A DNA stretch of 64,000 nucleotides. Origin: Deferrisomatales bacterium. GTDB lineage: Bacteria > Desulfobacterota > Deferrisomatia > Deferrisomatales > JACRMM01. The stretch is taken from positions 25,334 through 89,333 of the forward strand of contig JAWSUI010000009.1 of NCBI GenBank assembly GCA_033551855.1, read 5' to 3'. Of this stretch, positions 28,709 through 37,974 are shown piece after piece. The notes below the pieces were generated by a model, which searched no databases, was not told the DNA's origin, and worked only from the letters and a program-made list of their open reading frames with translations. Each line of letters starts with the position of its first letter. Position 1 is the stretch's first letter. The position numbers and the translations under genes were made by a program.

Positions 28709-31549
28709 TCACCCCCCCAGCCGCTGTTCGACGGCCTGCTTGTAGAAGAGGTAGTGGCCGGTGGTGACGAAGGCGCCGCAGTGCTCGCGGGCAAACCCGG
28801 CGTCCAGGAACACGCGGGTGACGAAGGGCTCGTCCCCCCCGCCCGAGAGGCGAGCCTCACGGATCCGGCGCCGGGTCTCGGCAACGGGGTCGCCCACCTC
28901 TCCGCTGCGGATCGATTGGTCGCCCCACGTGATCCGGTACCCCGCTTCCTCCCCCTCTCCCTTCCCCGTCCCGCGCTCGATCACCAGGCCCTCCGGCAGG
29001 AGACCCAGGGCCCGCACCCGGCTCAGATGTTCGCGGGTCGCCGTGCGCGCATGCCACTTCCCCTCCCGGAGCAAGGAGTGGATCCTCAAGACCTGCCTCA
29101 GGCTCTTGCCCCGGAGAGGGCTGCCGTGCTGGCCCCCCACGTCGGCAACCGTTCCCTCCAGGAAGAGCAGGAGCCTCGCGAGGCGATAGGGGAAGCGCTC
29201 GGCGGGGCCTGCGACCCGAGAGAGATGGCCCACCTCGTCCACGACGAGGATCGTCTCCCGGCCGCCTTCCTCCCAGAGGAAGACGTCGATGAGGCCCGCG
29301 CACGCCGCCGCGAAGGCGGCCTTCAAGGGGGCGAGCTCCGGGTCCGAGCTCTCCACGCGGGTCTCGACCCGGGTGTGGGGCCCCACGCCGCAGAGGAAGC
29401 GCAACAAGCCCTCCCGGCTTGGGAACGTACGGCAGCGCAGCTCCCCCGGGCCGCTCCGATCCAGGACGTAGGCCCCGGTCGCCGACATCCCGACCAGCCG
29501 CCGGCGCAGGCCTTCGGGAAACCGCCTCCCCCCGAGAAGGCCGGCCGCCGCAGCCAACTCCCGCTGGAGGCGGCGGGGACTACCCCGGAGGACTCCCACC
29601 TTGTGCAGCGGTGCGAAGACTTGGAGGCTCGTAGGGTCCGGGCTCCGCAGCAGGAAGGGCACCAACACCTCCTCCGCGAGAGCTTGCAGCGCATCGGGGC
29701 CGTGCCATCGGCGGCAGAAGGTCTCCCCCCAGCTGTTCGAGAAGACGGCCCTCACTTCCTCCGAACCGCCTCCCTCCCCCCACAGGCTCGGGACGATCAG
29801 CAGCCTGTCCGGCACGGGATCCGCCGAGAGGGCCTCGTGAGACGGCTCCGAGACCCGTGTGCGTTCCACAAGTTCCGTCAGCCGGCGGATCAGGGCCTCC
29901 AGATCCGCGGCGGGGACCCCCCCCGCCAACCCCCTGCAGAAGACGCGGGTGCGGGTCCCCACGAGCCGGTTCCGGGCGGCCCAGACCAAGAGCTCCAGCG
30001 GGTCGTCGGAACTCCGGAGGAGCTCCCGCTCGGCCCCACCCACGGTGGGGGACGCGACCCGACCGCGAAAGAGCCTCCACGGGACCTCCCCGTCGGGGAG
30101 CCGCTCCTGGTGCAGGGACACGCAGGGCTCCTCCACACCGCCTCCCACGAGGTGCAGGACCTCCACCTTGTCCTGTTCCCGACCGTAGACGGCTCGCAGC
30201 TTGCGCCCCAGGACGTCCAGGTCGCGCGGGGTGATCCGCGGGGTCTCCTCGCCCGTGCCGAGGGCCTCGCGGATCCGCTGATAGGTGCGGAGGAAGTACC
30301 GGTCCACCTCCCTCGCCAACCCCGCGACCCACTCGAGCCTCCACGTCTCGAAGGCGTTCAGGCAGCGCAGGCGCCGCTCGTCCCAACCCCAGGAGGCGAC
30401 ATACTCCCGCAGCACGGCTTCATCCGACCCTAGCGACAGGAGGGTGGGGGTAAAACGCAGGGAAGGATCCAGGCGAACACCGGTCTTCAGGTAGAAGCAC
30501 CGTGCCAGGAGGTCCTCTGCCGCGGCCTCCCCGTGAACGCGGTAGTGGGCCAGCACCTCGTCGAAGAGCAGGCGGTAGGGGTCGACCCGCTCGCCCGCGA
30601 GCACCCGCTCCTTGAGCCGCTCGCACAGGGGGCGGCCTTCGGGACCGGAGCGCGCCCCCCTTTCGAGAAGCCCGAGCTTGAGCGCCGACTTGAAAGGGGA
30701 CTTCCAGCCCTTCACGATCTGCCACACCACCGCACCGAAGAGCTCCCCGGGGGGGACCCGCTCCACGCAGCCCAGATCGACGTACCCTCCCGCGTCGAAA
30801 GCCGAAGACTGCCGCAGCAGGTCGCAGTGGCGACGGTACTCTTCCGGGCCGACCCCGGGGGGCACCAGCCGCCAGAAGGGCGCCTTGCCCGCCAGGGGAA
30901 CGCCCGTGCGGTAGAACTCCTCCTTCAACAGCGCCCCCATCGCCGAGCCGCAGCCCTCGGGCCCGGCCTCCCCGAAGTCGTTGCGGCAGACACTCTGCGT
31001 TGCCTGCAGGAAGAGGTGGACCTCCAGGCGGCAGTGGCGGTTCATCCAGGCTTCCACGGCGGCCACCTTGCGTCGAAAGAGCTCCAGGCCCCAGCCGGAG
31101 ACGGCCGGCCCGTGGCACACCCAGACGTCCAGGTCGGACTCCCCGGAGAAACCGATGGTGCCCGCACTTCCCATGACGGCCACCAGCTCCACCGCGGGCC
31201 GCAGGACCCCCGAGGGGCGAGGGTCGGCTCCGGGGAAGTGCCGGCGGGCGAGCCGGATCTCCTCCCGGTGCGGAGAATAGCCCGAGACCCCGACCGGGCA
31301 CTGGGGGTCGTCCACGTAACCGGGCAGGCCGGGCCGATTCAGGTGGAGAAGCAGGGGCAGCAGGCGCAGGGCCTCCTCCGCCCTCGGACCGAGCTGGGCT
31401 TCGATGCGCCGGCGGCGGAAACGGTCATATGCCGCGAAGGCCGCCTCCGCGGCCCGGGCACCGGCCACGGGAGCATCGGCCTGCAGGGACAGGAACCCCT
31501 TCGGGGGGAAGCTCTCCCGAGAAGGCGCCAGGCTGGATGCGTAGCTCAC
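28709..31549 (-). CDS. cyaA: Class I adenylate cyclase
   Basis: LPLLLHLN.PGLPGY, MGSAGTIG..GESDLDVWVC, LLKEEFYRT, WQIVKG..SPFKS.LK, CFYLK; GTG start inferred from RBS. Confidence 0.85.
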   Translation of the reverse strand: MSYASSLAPSRESFPPKGFLSLQADAPVAGARAAEAAFAAYDRFRRRRIEAQLGPRAEEALRLLPLLLHLNRPGLPGYVDDPQCPVGVSGYSPHREEIRLARRHFPGADPRPSGVLRPAVELVAVMGSAGTIGFSGESDLDVWVCHGPAVSGWGLELFRRKVAAVEAWMNRHCRLEVHLFLQATQSVCRNDFGEAGPEGCGSAMGALLKEEFYRTGVPLAGKAPFWRLVPPGVGPEEYRRHCDLLRQSSAFDAGGYVDLGCVERVPPGELFGAVVWQIVKGWKSPFKSALKLGLLERGARSGPEGRPLCERLKERVLAGERVDPYRLLFDEVLAHYRVHGEAAAEDLLARCFYLKTGVRLDPSLRFTPTLLSLGSDEAVLREYVASWGWDERRLRCLNAFETWRLEWVAGLAREVDRYFLRTYQRIREALGTGEETPRITPRDLDVLGRKLRAVYGREQDKVEVLHLVGGGVEEPCVSLHQERLPDGEVPWRLFRGRVASPTVGGAERELLRSSDDPLELLVWAARNRLVGTRTRVFCRGLAGGVPAADLEALIRRLTELVERTRVSEPSHEALSADPVPDRLLIVPSLWGEGGGSEEVRAVFSNSWGETFCRRWHGPDALQALAEEVLVPFLLRSPDPTSLQVFAPLHKVGVLRGSPRRLQRELAAAAGLLGGRRFPEGLRRRLVGMSATGAYVLDRSGPGELRCRTFPSREGLLRFLCGVGPHTRVETRVESSDPELAPLKAAFAAACAGLIDVFLWEEGGRETILVVDEVGHLSRVAGPAERFPYRLARLLLFLEGTVADVGGQHGSPLRGKSLRQVLRIHSLLREGKWHARTATREHLSRVRALGLLPEGLVIERGTGKGEGEEAGYRITWGDQSIRSGEVGDPVAETRRRIREARLSGGGDEPFVTRVFLDAGFAREHCGAFVTTGHYLFYKQAVEQRLGG

Positions 31550-31730
31550 AAGACCCTCCGTTCGCCCCGAAACACCCCTTGCACCTACCATCGGCCGCGG
31601 GGCACCCACAGATAAGGCCTACTGGCCGTTCCGCCCCCCTCCCGTGCGACCGGATCCGGCAGAACTGGGACCCGACTATGGGCGCCTACAATTCACCACC
31701 ACGTCGTGGGCGGAGTCGGGGATCCCCCAT

Positions 31731-31787
31731 TTGCACCGGACTCGGCGGGTTGGTCGAGGCGGTGCGGGGCTGCGCTCCAAGGCTCCC
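31731..31787 (+). repeat. Intergenic repeat family B, copy 2
   Basis: Matches 15844-15900. Confidence 0.65.
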
Positions 31788-31912
31788 CGGCCCCGTTCGG
31801 ATATCTGGTGGTGGATTTGGGGCACGCGGACATCTTGCCGGGAAGCGGGGCCGGGAGTAGCGTGGACCGGAGCAGGGGGGAACCGGAGGCCTCGATCCCG
31901 AAGGGCACGAAG

Positions 31913-32260
31913 ATGCGGCAAACTGTCGTCTGGGCGCTGTTGGGGGTGGCCGTGTGGAGCTCCGCGGCCTGGGGTCTGGGGTCCCGCCCGAACGGCCCCC
32001 CCGCCCCCCGCTCCGACAAGGACGCGCTCCAGCTCATCGCCGAGGCGGTCCAGGGCGGCGAGATCGACGCCGACACGGCGGTGCTGTACCGGGTGTACGC
32101 GGTCATGGACGGTGCGAAGCTGCCGTCCCGGTTCCACAGCACCGTGCCCCTGCGCGACGGCACCCCGATCCTGCGGGAGGCCAGGAGCCGGTACCCGGAC
32201 CTCCGGCCCGACGTCCGCGAAGCCTTGGACCCGTATCTCTTTCCCGGAGGCAGACCATGA
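31913..32260 (+). CDS. Small secreted protein homologous to the prodomain of the downstream metalloprotease
   Basis: Signal peptide; GEIDADTAVLYRVYA...LP...RDGTPILREAR versus GELDRATADLYRLYA...LP...RCGTPILRAVR in the next gene. Confidence 0.75.
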   Translation: MRQTVVWALLGVAVWSSAAWGLGSRPNGPPAPRSDKDALQLIAEAVQGGEIDADTAVLYRVYAVMDGAKLPSRFHSTVPLRDGTPILREARSRYPDLRPDVREALDPYLFPGGRP

Positions 32261-34353
32261 GGGTGCGGTGGGTTTTCGGAGCGGCCCTGGCCCTGGGGCT
32301 CCTGGGCGGGAGCTACGGGGCCCACGGCACCCCCCGCTCCGGGCCCCTCACCGGGCTCGACACCCGTCCGGCGGCGCTCACGGCCGCCGGGGAGCTCGAC
32401 CGGGCTACCGCCGACCTGTATCGGCTCTACGCGCTGATGGCCGCCGACCGGCTGCCCCGTGAGCTCCGGGCCGAGTCGCCGGAAGGCACGGCCGCGAAGA
32501 TCGGTCTACCCCTCGCCTCCGGGCCTGCCGGCCACCGGTGCGGCACGCCGATCCTCCGCGCGGTCCGGGCCCGTCTGGACGAGCTCCCGGCCGAGCTGCG
32601 GGCGGAGGCCGAGGAGCTGCTCGCCCCGCCCCGGCCGGCGGCGGCCCGTTCGGCCGGGCAGGTCGGGGGAAAGGACTTCTCCCCCGTGCTCCTCAACTGG
32701 GTCGTCACGGAGAACTTTTCCATCCAGTGGGGGCCGGACCTGACCAACGAGGACGGCTCGCTCCCGGTGCGCGACCTGGACGCCAACGGCATCCCGGACG
32801 TCGTCGAGCGCTGGGCGGAGCTCTTCGAGGCCAGCTACCGTACCGTGGCCGAGGTGCTCAAGCCGGGGGTGCCGGACACCGTCCCCGAGGGAACGGCGCT
32901 GGCGTCCCACCGGGTCCCCGTCTACATCGCGAACTCCTCGCCGGATCAGCTCTTCGAGAACATCGACCCCACGTCCGGGATCTACGCCTTTACCGTCAGC
33001 AGCCCGATCCCCTACATCGTCGTCAACAACGACCTCCGGTTCGTGCCCCCCAACGACGAGGGCCCCACCGCAGAGGACAGGATTCGAGGGGCCATGAAGA
33101 TCACCGCGGCCCACGAATTCTTCCACGTGATCCACTTCCTCTACGAGCCCTCCGTCTGGAACGTAATCGAGGACGACTGGTGGCTGGAGACCAGCGCCAC
33201 GTGGATGGAGGACGAGGTCTTCGGCGGGGTCAACGACTACCACCAGTACTACCCCGGCTGGACCTTCTTCGTGGAGGCAGGTCTCCCGGTGCCCTTCGGT
33301 GACGACCACTACGTGACCCGGGCCTACGGTGGGGCAATCTTCGCCAAGTACCTCTCAGAGCACGTGGCGGGGCGTCGGATGATGGGGGAGCTCTGGGACC
33401 TCATCCGCCCGGCCCCAGCCCCCGGCCGGCGCATCCTCCAGGCCCTGGATGTCTGGGCTGCTTCCCGAGGGTTTTCCGACCTCGAGGAGATGTTCCTCGG
33501 CTTCACCGCAGCCAACGCGGTGATGGACTACGAGGAGGGGGGAGCCTACGGAGCGGTGCCGATCCGCAAGGACTCCCTCACGGCGGACAGCACGACGGAC
33601 CTGCTGCCGCCGGTCTTCCCGCCACAGCCGCAGCGGATCCCGGCGCCGAGCTACCTGGGGGCCACCTACCTGCTCGAAACGGGCGGGGGCGGGCCCGGTG
33701 TCCAGGTCGCCCTGTCCGGGGCCCCCGCCGAGCGCTGGGGGCTTTCTCTCGTGCTGGCCCACCCCGAGGGGTACAGCCTGGCGCTCGGGGCGAGCGCGCC
33801 CGACGGCGAAACGAGCATTGCGGTCACGTCGCTCGTCGACTTCGACCGCGTCTACGCGATACCCTCGTACCTGACCCCACCCGTTGACCCCGCTGCCTCG
33901 GTGTCGTACGCCACCACGGCGACCGCAGTGGCAGCCGGTGATCCGGTTCCCCCGGGAGGGGTGGGGGCCCTCTCCCTCACACCGGCGGTCGGAGGCTTCG
34001 ACGCCTCCTGGTCGCCGCCGGGGGACCCCGACGCGGCGGGCCACGTGGTGCGCTGGAAACTCGAGAATGAGGGAACGTTCCTCGGCAGCCGGACCTTCGT
34101 CGCCCCCGTGACCGCGGCGGAGGTGCGCGGACTCGACGTGGGCACCTACGACGTGGATGTTTTCGCCTACGACCGGACCGGGAACCGGGGGCCCTCCCCG
34201 GCCGTCCTCCCCCAGGTCGTCGTGAGCGAGGCCGGGCGAGAGGCGGCGATTCCACCCGCCGACGAGATCATCCTGGGGGCAGGCCAGACCGTTCCGACCT
34301 CCGGCGGTGGCGGCGGTGGTGGCGGGTGCTTCCTGACGTCCCTGGGCCCCTGA
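32257..34353 (+). CDS. Secreted zinc metalloprotease (MXAN_6640-like) with FN3-like domain and C-terminal Gly-rich Cys tail
   Basis: ATGA overlap; TAAHEFFHVIH, WWLETSATWMED; FN3-like YDVDVFAYDRTGN; ends GGGGGGGCFLTSLGP. Confidence 0.85.
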   Translation: MRVRWVFGAALALGLLGGSYGAHGTPRSGPLTGLDTRPAALTAAGELDRATADLYRLYALMAADRLPRELRAESPEGTAAKIGLPLASGPAGHRCGTPILRAVRARLDELPAELRAEAEELLAPPRPAAARSAGQVGGKDFSPVLLNWVVTENFSIQWGPDLTNEDGSLPVRDLDANGIPDVVERWAELFEASYRTVAEVLKPGVPDTVPEGTALASHRVPVYIANSSPDQLFENIDPTSGIYAFTVSSPIPYIVVNNDLRFVPPNDEGPTAEDRIRGAMKITAAHEFFHVIHFLYEPSVWNVIEDDWWLETSATWMEDEVFGGVNDYHQYYPGWTFFVEAGLPVPFGDDHYVTRAYGGAIFAKYLSEHVAGRRMMGELWDLIRPAPAPGRRILQALDVWAASRGFSDLEEMFLGFTAANAVMDYEEGGAYGAVPIRKDSLTADSTTDLLPPVFPPQPQRIPAPSYLGATYLLETGGGGPGVQVALSGAPAERWGLSLVLAHPEGYSLALGASAPDGETSIAVTSLVDFDRVYAIPSYLTPPVDPAASVSYATTATAVAAGDPVPPGGVGALSLTPAVGGFDASWSPPGDPDAAGHVVRWKLENEGTFLGSRTFVAPVTAAEVRGLDVGTYDVDVFAYDRTGNRGPSPAVLPQVVVSEAGREAAIPPADEIILGAGQTVPTSGGGGGGGGCFLTSLGP

Positions 34354-34401
34354 GCCCGCCCCCAAGACGGCCAGATCACCGGGGATTTTCCCCAACGGCT
34401 C

Positions 34402-34830
34402 TCAACCCGGTGCACTACCTTGCAGCCGGGTCACCGCCTCTCGCAGATACCCCGGCACCGGCGTGGGGGCGTGGGACTCCCGGTCCAGGACCACGTAGAT
34501 CTCCACCCCCTCGGCCACCAGGCGGCCCGTCGCCTCCTCCGTGGCCCGGAGGCCGAAGGTGAGGGAGGTGTTGCCCACGCGGGTGACGCGGACCCCGCAG
34601 ACGAGGGTCTCCCCGAAGCCGCCGGAGGAGCGGAAGTCGCACTCCGCCCGGGCCAGCACCAGGTCGTGGCCGCGGCGGGTCAGTTCGGCGTAGGGCAGGC
34701 CCAGCGCCTCCAGATAGTCGGTGATGGCGTCGTCGAAGTACACGAAGTAGTTGGCGTTGAACACGTGTCCCTGGGTGTCGGTGTCCGAAAAACGGACCTT
34801 ACGCTGGTAGACGACCGGGTACTCCGCCAT
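34402..34830 (-). CDS. Acyl-CoA thioesterase (4HBT/YbgC family)
   Basis: VRFSDTDTQGHVFNANYFVYF. Confidence 0.92.
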   Translation of the reverse strand: MAEYPVVYQRKVRFSDTDTQGHVFNANYFVYFDDAITDYLEALGLPYAELTRRGHDLVLARAECDFRSSGGFGETLVCGVRVTRVGNTSLTFGLRATEEATGRLVAEGVEIYVVLDRESHAPTPVPGYLREAVTRLQGSAPG

Positions 34831-34854
34831 CCGCCCTCCTCCTTCTCAAGATGT

Positions 34855-36237
34855 TCAGCCCGTTCCCGGCGGACGGGGCCCTTCCCCGCCGCGCGGCCCC
34901 TCCACATCCCCTGCCAGCGCCCCGGCGCCCATCAAGGCGAGGCCGCGCCACCCGACCTCTAGGAGCCGTGCCAGGCCCAGCTCGCGCCCCAGCGCCCCGA
35001 GCAGGTACCCCCGGGCCGCGACCTCGAAGGAGAAACCCGGGTGGAGGAGGCGGGCGGTTCCTTCCACCGTGATGAGGGCCTTGGCCAGCAGGCCGTACTT
35101 GCGGGGAAAGCTGACGCGGTGCCGGTGCACGGCGCCCAGGATGCCCCGGCCGATGCGGGAGAGGGACGTCTCCCCCAGGGAGGGGCCCAGGGCCTCGTCC
35201 ATGATCCGGCCCACGGCCTGCGCGAAACCCGCCGCCTCCTGGGGCGGCACGTGCACCCCCAGCCCCGCCAGGTGGCGCAGGGCGAGGGGGGCATCCCGGG
35301 AGAGCAGTCCGGCCAGGGCGCCCAGCACGTCCCGGCGCTCCCGCGGGCTCAGGCGGCCGGTGATGCCGAAGTCGAGGTACGCGATCTCGCCCTGTGGGGT
35401 GATCAGGAGGTTCGCAGGGTGGAGGTCCGCGTGGAACAGGCCGTCCCGGACCACCTGCTGGAGAAAGGCCCGGGCGCCCCGTTCCGCCAGCTCGGCGTAA
35501 TCGCTGCGGCCGCGGGCCGCGGCCGCGGAGATCTTCACCCCCTCCACGTACTCGGCCGTCAGGACCCGTCGGGTGGTCCAGCCCCAGTGGACGCGGGGGA
35601 TCCGGATGCCGGGAAAGTCCCGGAAGTTCCTCCCCAGGGCGCCGGCCACCTCGGCCTCGCGCCGGAAGTCGAGCTCCTCCTCGAAGGTCTCGCGGAGCTC
35701 CCCCCAGAGGGCGGCCGCATCCAGGCGGCTCCCCAAGGGCGTCAGGCGCACCAGGAAGGGGAGCAGGTCCGCCGCGAGGCGCAGGTCCCGCCGCATGGAC
35801 GCCGCTGCCCCCGGGCGCTGGACCTTGACGGCCACCGCCTCCCCCCTCGGGAGCACGGCCCGGTGGACCTGGCTCAAGGAAGCCGCGGCGAGGGGCTGCG
35901 GGTCGAAATCCCGGAACAGCCGGGCCAGGGGCGCACCCAGCTCGGCTTCCACCCGCCGGCGAACTTGATCGAAGGCTACCGGCTCGGCCCGGTCCTGGAG
36001 GCGCTCGAGCTCGGCCAGGGCGTCGGGAGGCACCAGATCGGGGCGGACCGAGAGCAACTGCCCGAGCTTGATGAATGCCGGGCCCAGGCGCTCGAAGGCC
36101 CGGCGCACGGACGCGGCCAGAGGGGCCCAGGAACGGGAGCGCACGCTGCCCGCAGCTCCCCAGGCCCCCGCCCACGCCAGGGCGGCGAGCACCGCTCCCA
36201 GCCGGACCGCTCCCTCAACCCTCCCCACGGCCGGCAA
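34855..36237 (-). CDS. ABC1/UbiB (AarF) family kinase
   Basis: LGPAFIKLGQLLS.RPD, AASLSQVH, VAVKVQRP, FHADLHPAN, LDFG; start uncertain. Confidence 0.9.
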   Translation of the reverse strand: MPAVGRVEGAVRLGAVLAALAWAGAWGAAGSVRSRSWAPLAASVRRAFERLGPAFIKLGQLLSVRPDLVPPDALAELERLQDRAEPVAFDQVRRRVEAELGAPLARLFRDFDPQPLAAASLSQVHRAVLPRGEAVAVKVQRPGAAASMRRDLRLAADLLPFLVRLTPLGSRLDAAALWGELRETFEEELDFRREAEVAGALGRNFRDFPGIRIPRVHWGWTTRRVLTAEYVEGVKISAAAARGRSDYAELAERGARAFLQQVVRDGLFHADLHPANLLITPQGEIAYLDFGITGRLSPRERRDVLGALAGLLSRDAPLALRHLAGLGVHVPPQEAAGFAQAVGRIMDEALGPSLGETSLSRIGRGILGAVHRHRVSFPRKYGLLAKALITVEGTARLLHPGFSFEVAARGYLLGALGRELGLARLLEVGWRGLALMGAGALAGDVEGPRGGEGPRPPGTG

Positions 36238-36568
36238 ATCTCTCCAGTTTCTCCTCGAGCCCCCGGAGCCGGGCCCGCAGCTCCTCCACCTCGGCCCGGA
36301 GGTCCGTGCCGTCGTCCCGATGCAGGAACCCCATCTGTCGGAGCTCCGCGGTGAAGGCCTCAGAGAGGATCCCCTTGAGCGACTCCTTCTCCTGCTCCAC
36401 CGCCAAGAGGAACTCCTGATACTGCTGCCGCACGTCCTGGGGCGTCTCCCTCGCGCGCCGCAGGGCGTCCCGGATCCAGTCGTCGGCCTTTTCGTGGAGG
36501 AGCAGCCACGCCCCGAAGAAGGCGAGGCTCCCCTTTTCGCCGGGGGAAGGCATGCGGTCCATCGTCAT
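36215..36568 (-). CDS. Small coiled-coil/phasin-like protein coupled to the ABC1 kinase
   Basis: GGAGGAG RBS; C-terminal EVEELRARLRGLEEKL. Confidence 0.65.
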   Translation of the reverse strand: MTMDRMPSPGEKGSLAFFGAWLLLHEKADDWIRDALRRARETPQDVRQQYQEFLLAVEQEKESLKGILSEAFTAELRQMGFLHRDDGTDLRAEVEELRARLRGLEEKLERFAGRGEG

Positions 36569-36620
36569 CTCCTCCGCAAGGCGGGTCCGTCGCGGCCTCG
36601 GCACGACCTCGCCGGGCACG

Positions 36621-36854
36621 AGTGACTCAAACCACAGGTCCGAGTGATACCGAGGACGCCCCTGCACCCGGGCTGCAAGGCGCGAGGAGCGAGAATACTG
36701 GCCAAATTCCACCGATGATTTCGCAGAAGCTCGGAATCGGACAGCCGCAGGCTGCCGGCAGGCGAGGGCCATGGATGGTCCGAGTCACGAGCAACGCCGC
36801 AGACCGGAATGCAGGGGCGGCCGAATCACCTTCGCAATTGTGGTTTGAGGCACT
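36621..36854. mobile_element. Putative MITE/IS remnant
   Basis: Terminal IR AGTG(A/C)CTCAAACCACA at 36621-36636 and 36839-36854, 15/16 match. Confidence 0.5.
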
Positions 36855-36900
36855 AGACCACGGTTGCCCTCGCGCCGCAACGGAAAAGCCCCCTCAAGTC

Positions 36901-37112
36901 GGTTCATCCGGGAAATGACCGGGTACTCGTGTCCAGGGACGACCGGGTGGGCCCGGCCACGCAGGCGGACGGCCGCTCGACGGGAGCAGCCCCTTCGGGA
37001 CCAGCGATGCCGCGAGGATTCCGGATGGGGCGCGGGAGCACACCTACCGTACAGTTCGGCATCGTCCGCCGGAGGGGGCGGGCCCACCCGGTCGTTTACC
37101 GGAAGAACCCTC
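36901..37112 (+). repeat. Structured intergenic repeat family A, copy 2
   Basis: Outer stem gaccgggtgggccc/gggcccacccggtc; inner stem ggcggacg/cgtccgcc. Confidence 0.85.
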
Positions 37113-37170
37113 AAGTCCGCCCCGCCGGTGCCGATCAGAGGGCGGGAACGGGTCTGCTCAGGAGGGCACG

Positions 37171-37971
37171 ATGGATCTCGCCACCATTCTCGGTCTCGCC
37201 GCCGGCGTAGGACTGATCGTTTCGGCCCTCCTCCTGGGGGGGGCGCCGCTGGCCTTCGTGGACCTCCCGGCGCTGCTCATCGTGCTCGGGGGGATGACGG
37301 CCGTAACCTTCGTCATGTTCCCCTTGCGGACCGTCCTCGGGTCGATCCGGGTCGCCGTCAAGGCTTTTCGAGAAGACCCGTGGAACCTCGATGCGATCAT
37401 CGATCAGATGGTAAGTCTCTCCCGCCTGGCCAGGACCAACGGCATCCTCGCCCTGGAGGACGCCGAGAGGGAGATCCAGAATCCCTTTCTCAAGAAGGGC
37501 ATCCAGCTCGCCGTGGACGGCAACGAAGAGGAACTCATCCGGTTCATCATGGCCACCGACGTGAGCTTCACGAGGGAGCGCCACCTGATCGGCCAGAAAG
37601 TGTTCCGCCAGTTGGGCGCCATGGGGCCGGCCTTCGGGATGATCGGCACCCTGATCGGCCTGGTCCAGATGCTGCGCACGTTGGACGACCCCTCCTCCAT
37701 CGGCCCGGCCATGGCGGTGGCTCTCCTCACGACCTTCTATGGGGCCCTCCTCTCGAACCTGGTGTTCCTCCCCATCGCCAACAAGCTGGAGTTTCGAAGC
37801 AAGGAGGAGGCGCTGGCCAAGCAGGTCGTGACGGAAGGAATCATCTCCATCATGCAGGGCGCCAACCCCAAAGTACTCAAGGACAAGCTCGAGGCCTTCG
37901 TGTCCCCGACGATGCGCCGGGACAAGCGCGACGGCTCTCCGACCGTGATGACCACCGAAGAGGCGGCGTAG
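37171..37971 (+). CDS. motA: Flagellar stator MotA/PomA family
   Basis: MDLATILG, ALLIVLGG, GILALE, PAFGMIGTLIGLVQML, ALLTTFYG. Confidence 0.92.
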   Translation: MDLATILGLAAGVGLIVSALLLGGAPLAFVDLPALLIVLGGMTAVTFVMFPLRTVLGSIRVAVKAFREDPWNLDAIIDQMVSLSRLARTNGILALEDAEREIQNPFLKKGIQLAVDGNEEELIRFIMATDVSFTRERHLIGQKVFRQLGAMGPAFGMIGTLIGLVQMLRTLDDPSSIGPAMAVALLTTFYGALLSNLVFLPIANKLEFRSKEEALAKQVVTEGIISIMQGANPKVLKDKLEAFVSPTMRRDKRDGSPTVMTTEEAA

Positions 37972-37974
37972 CCC

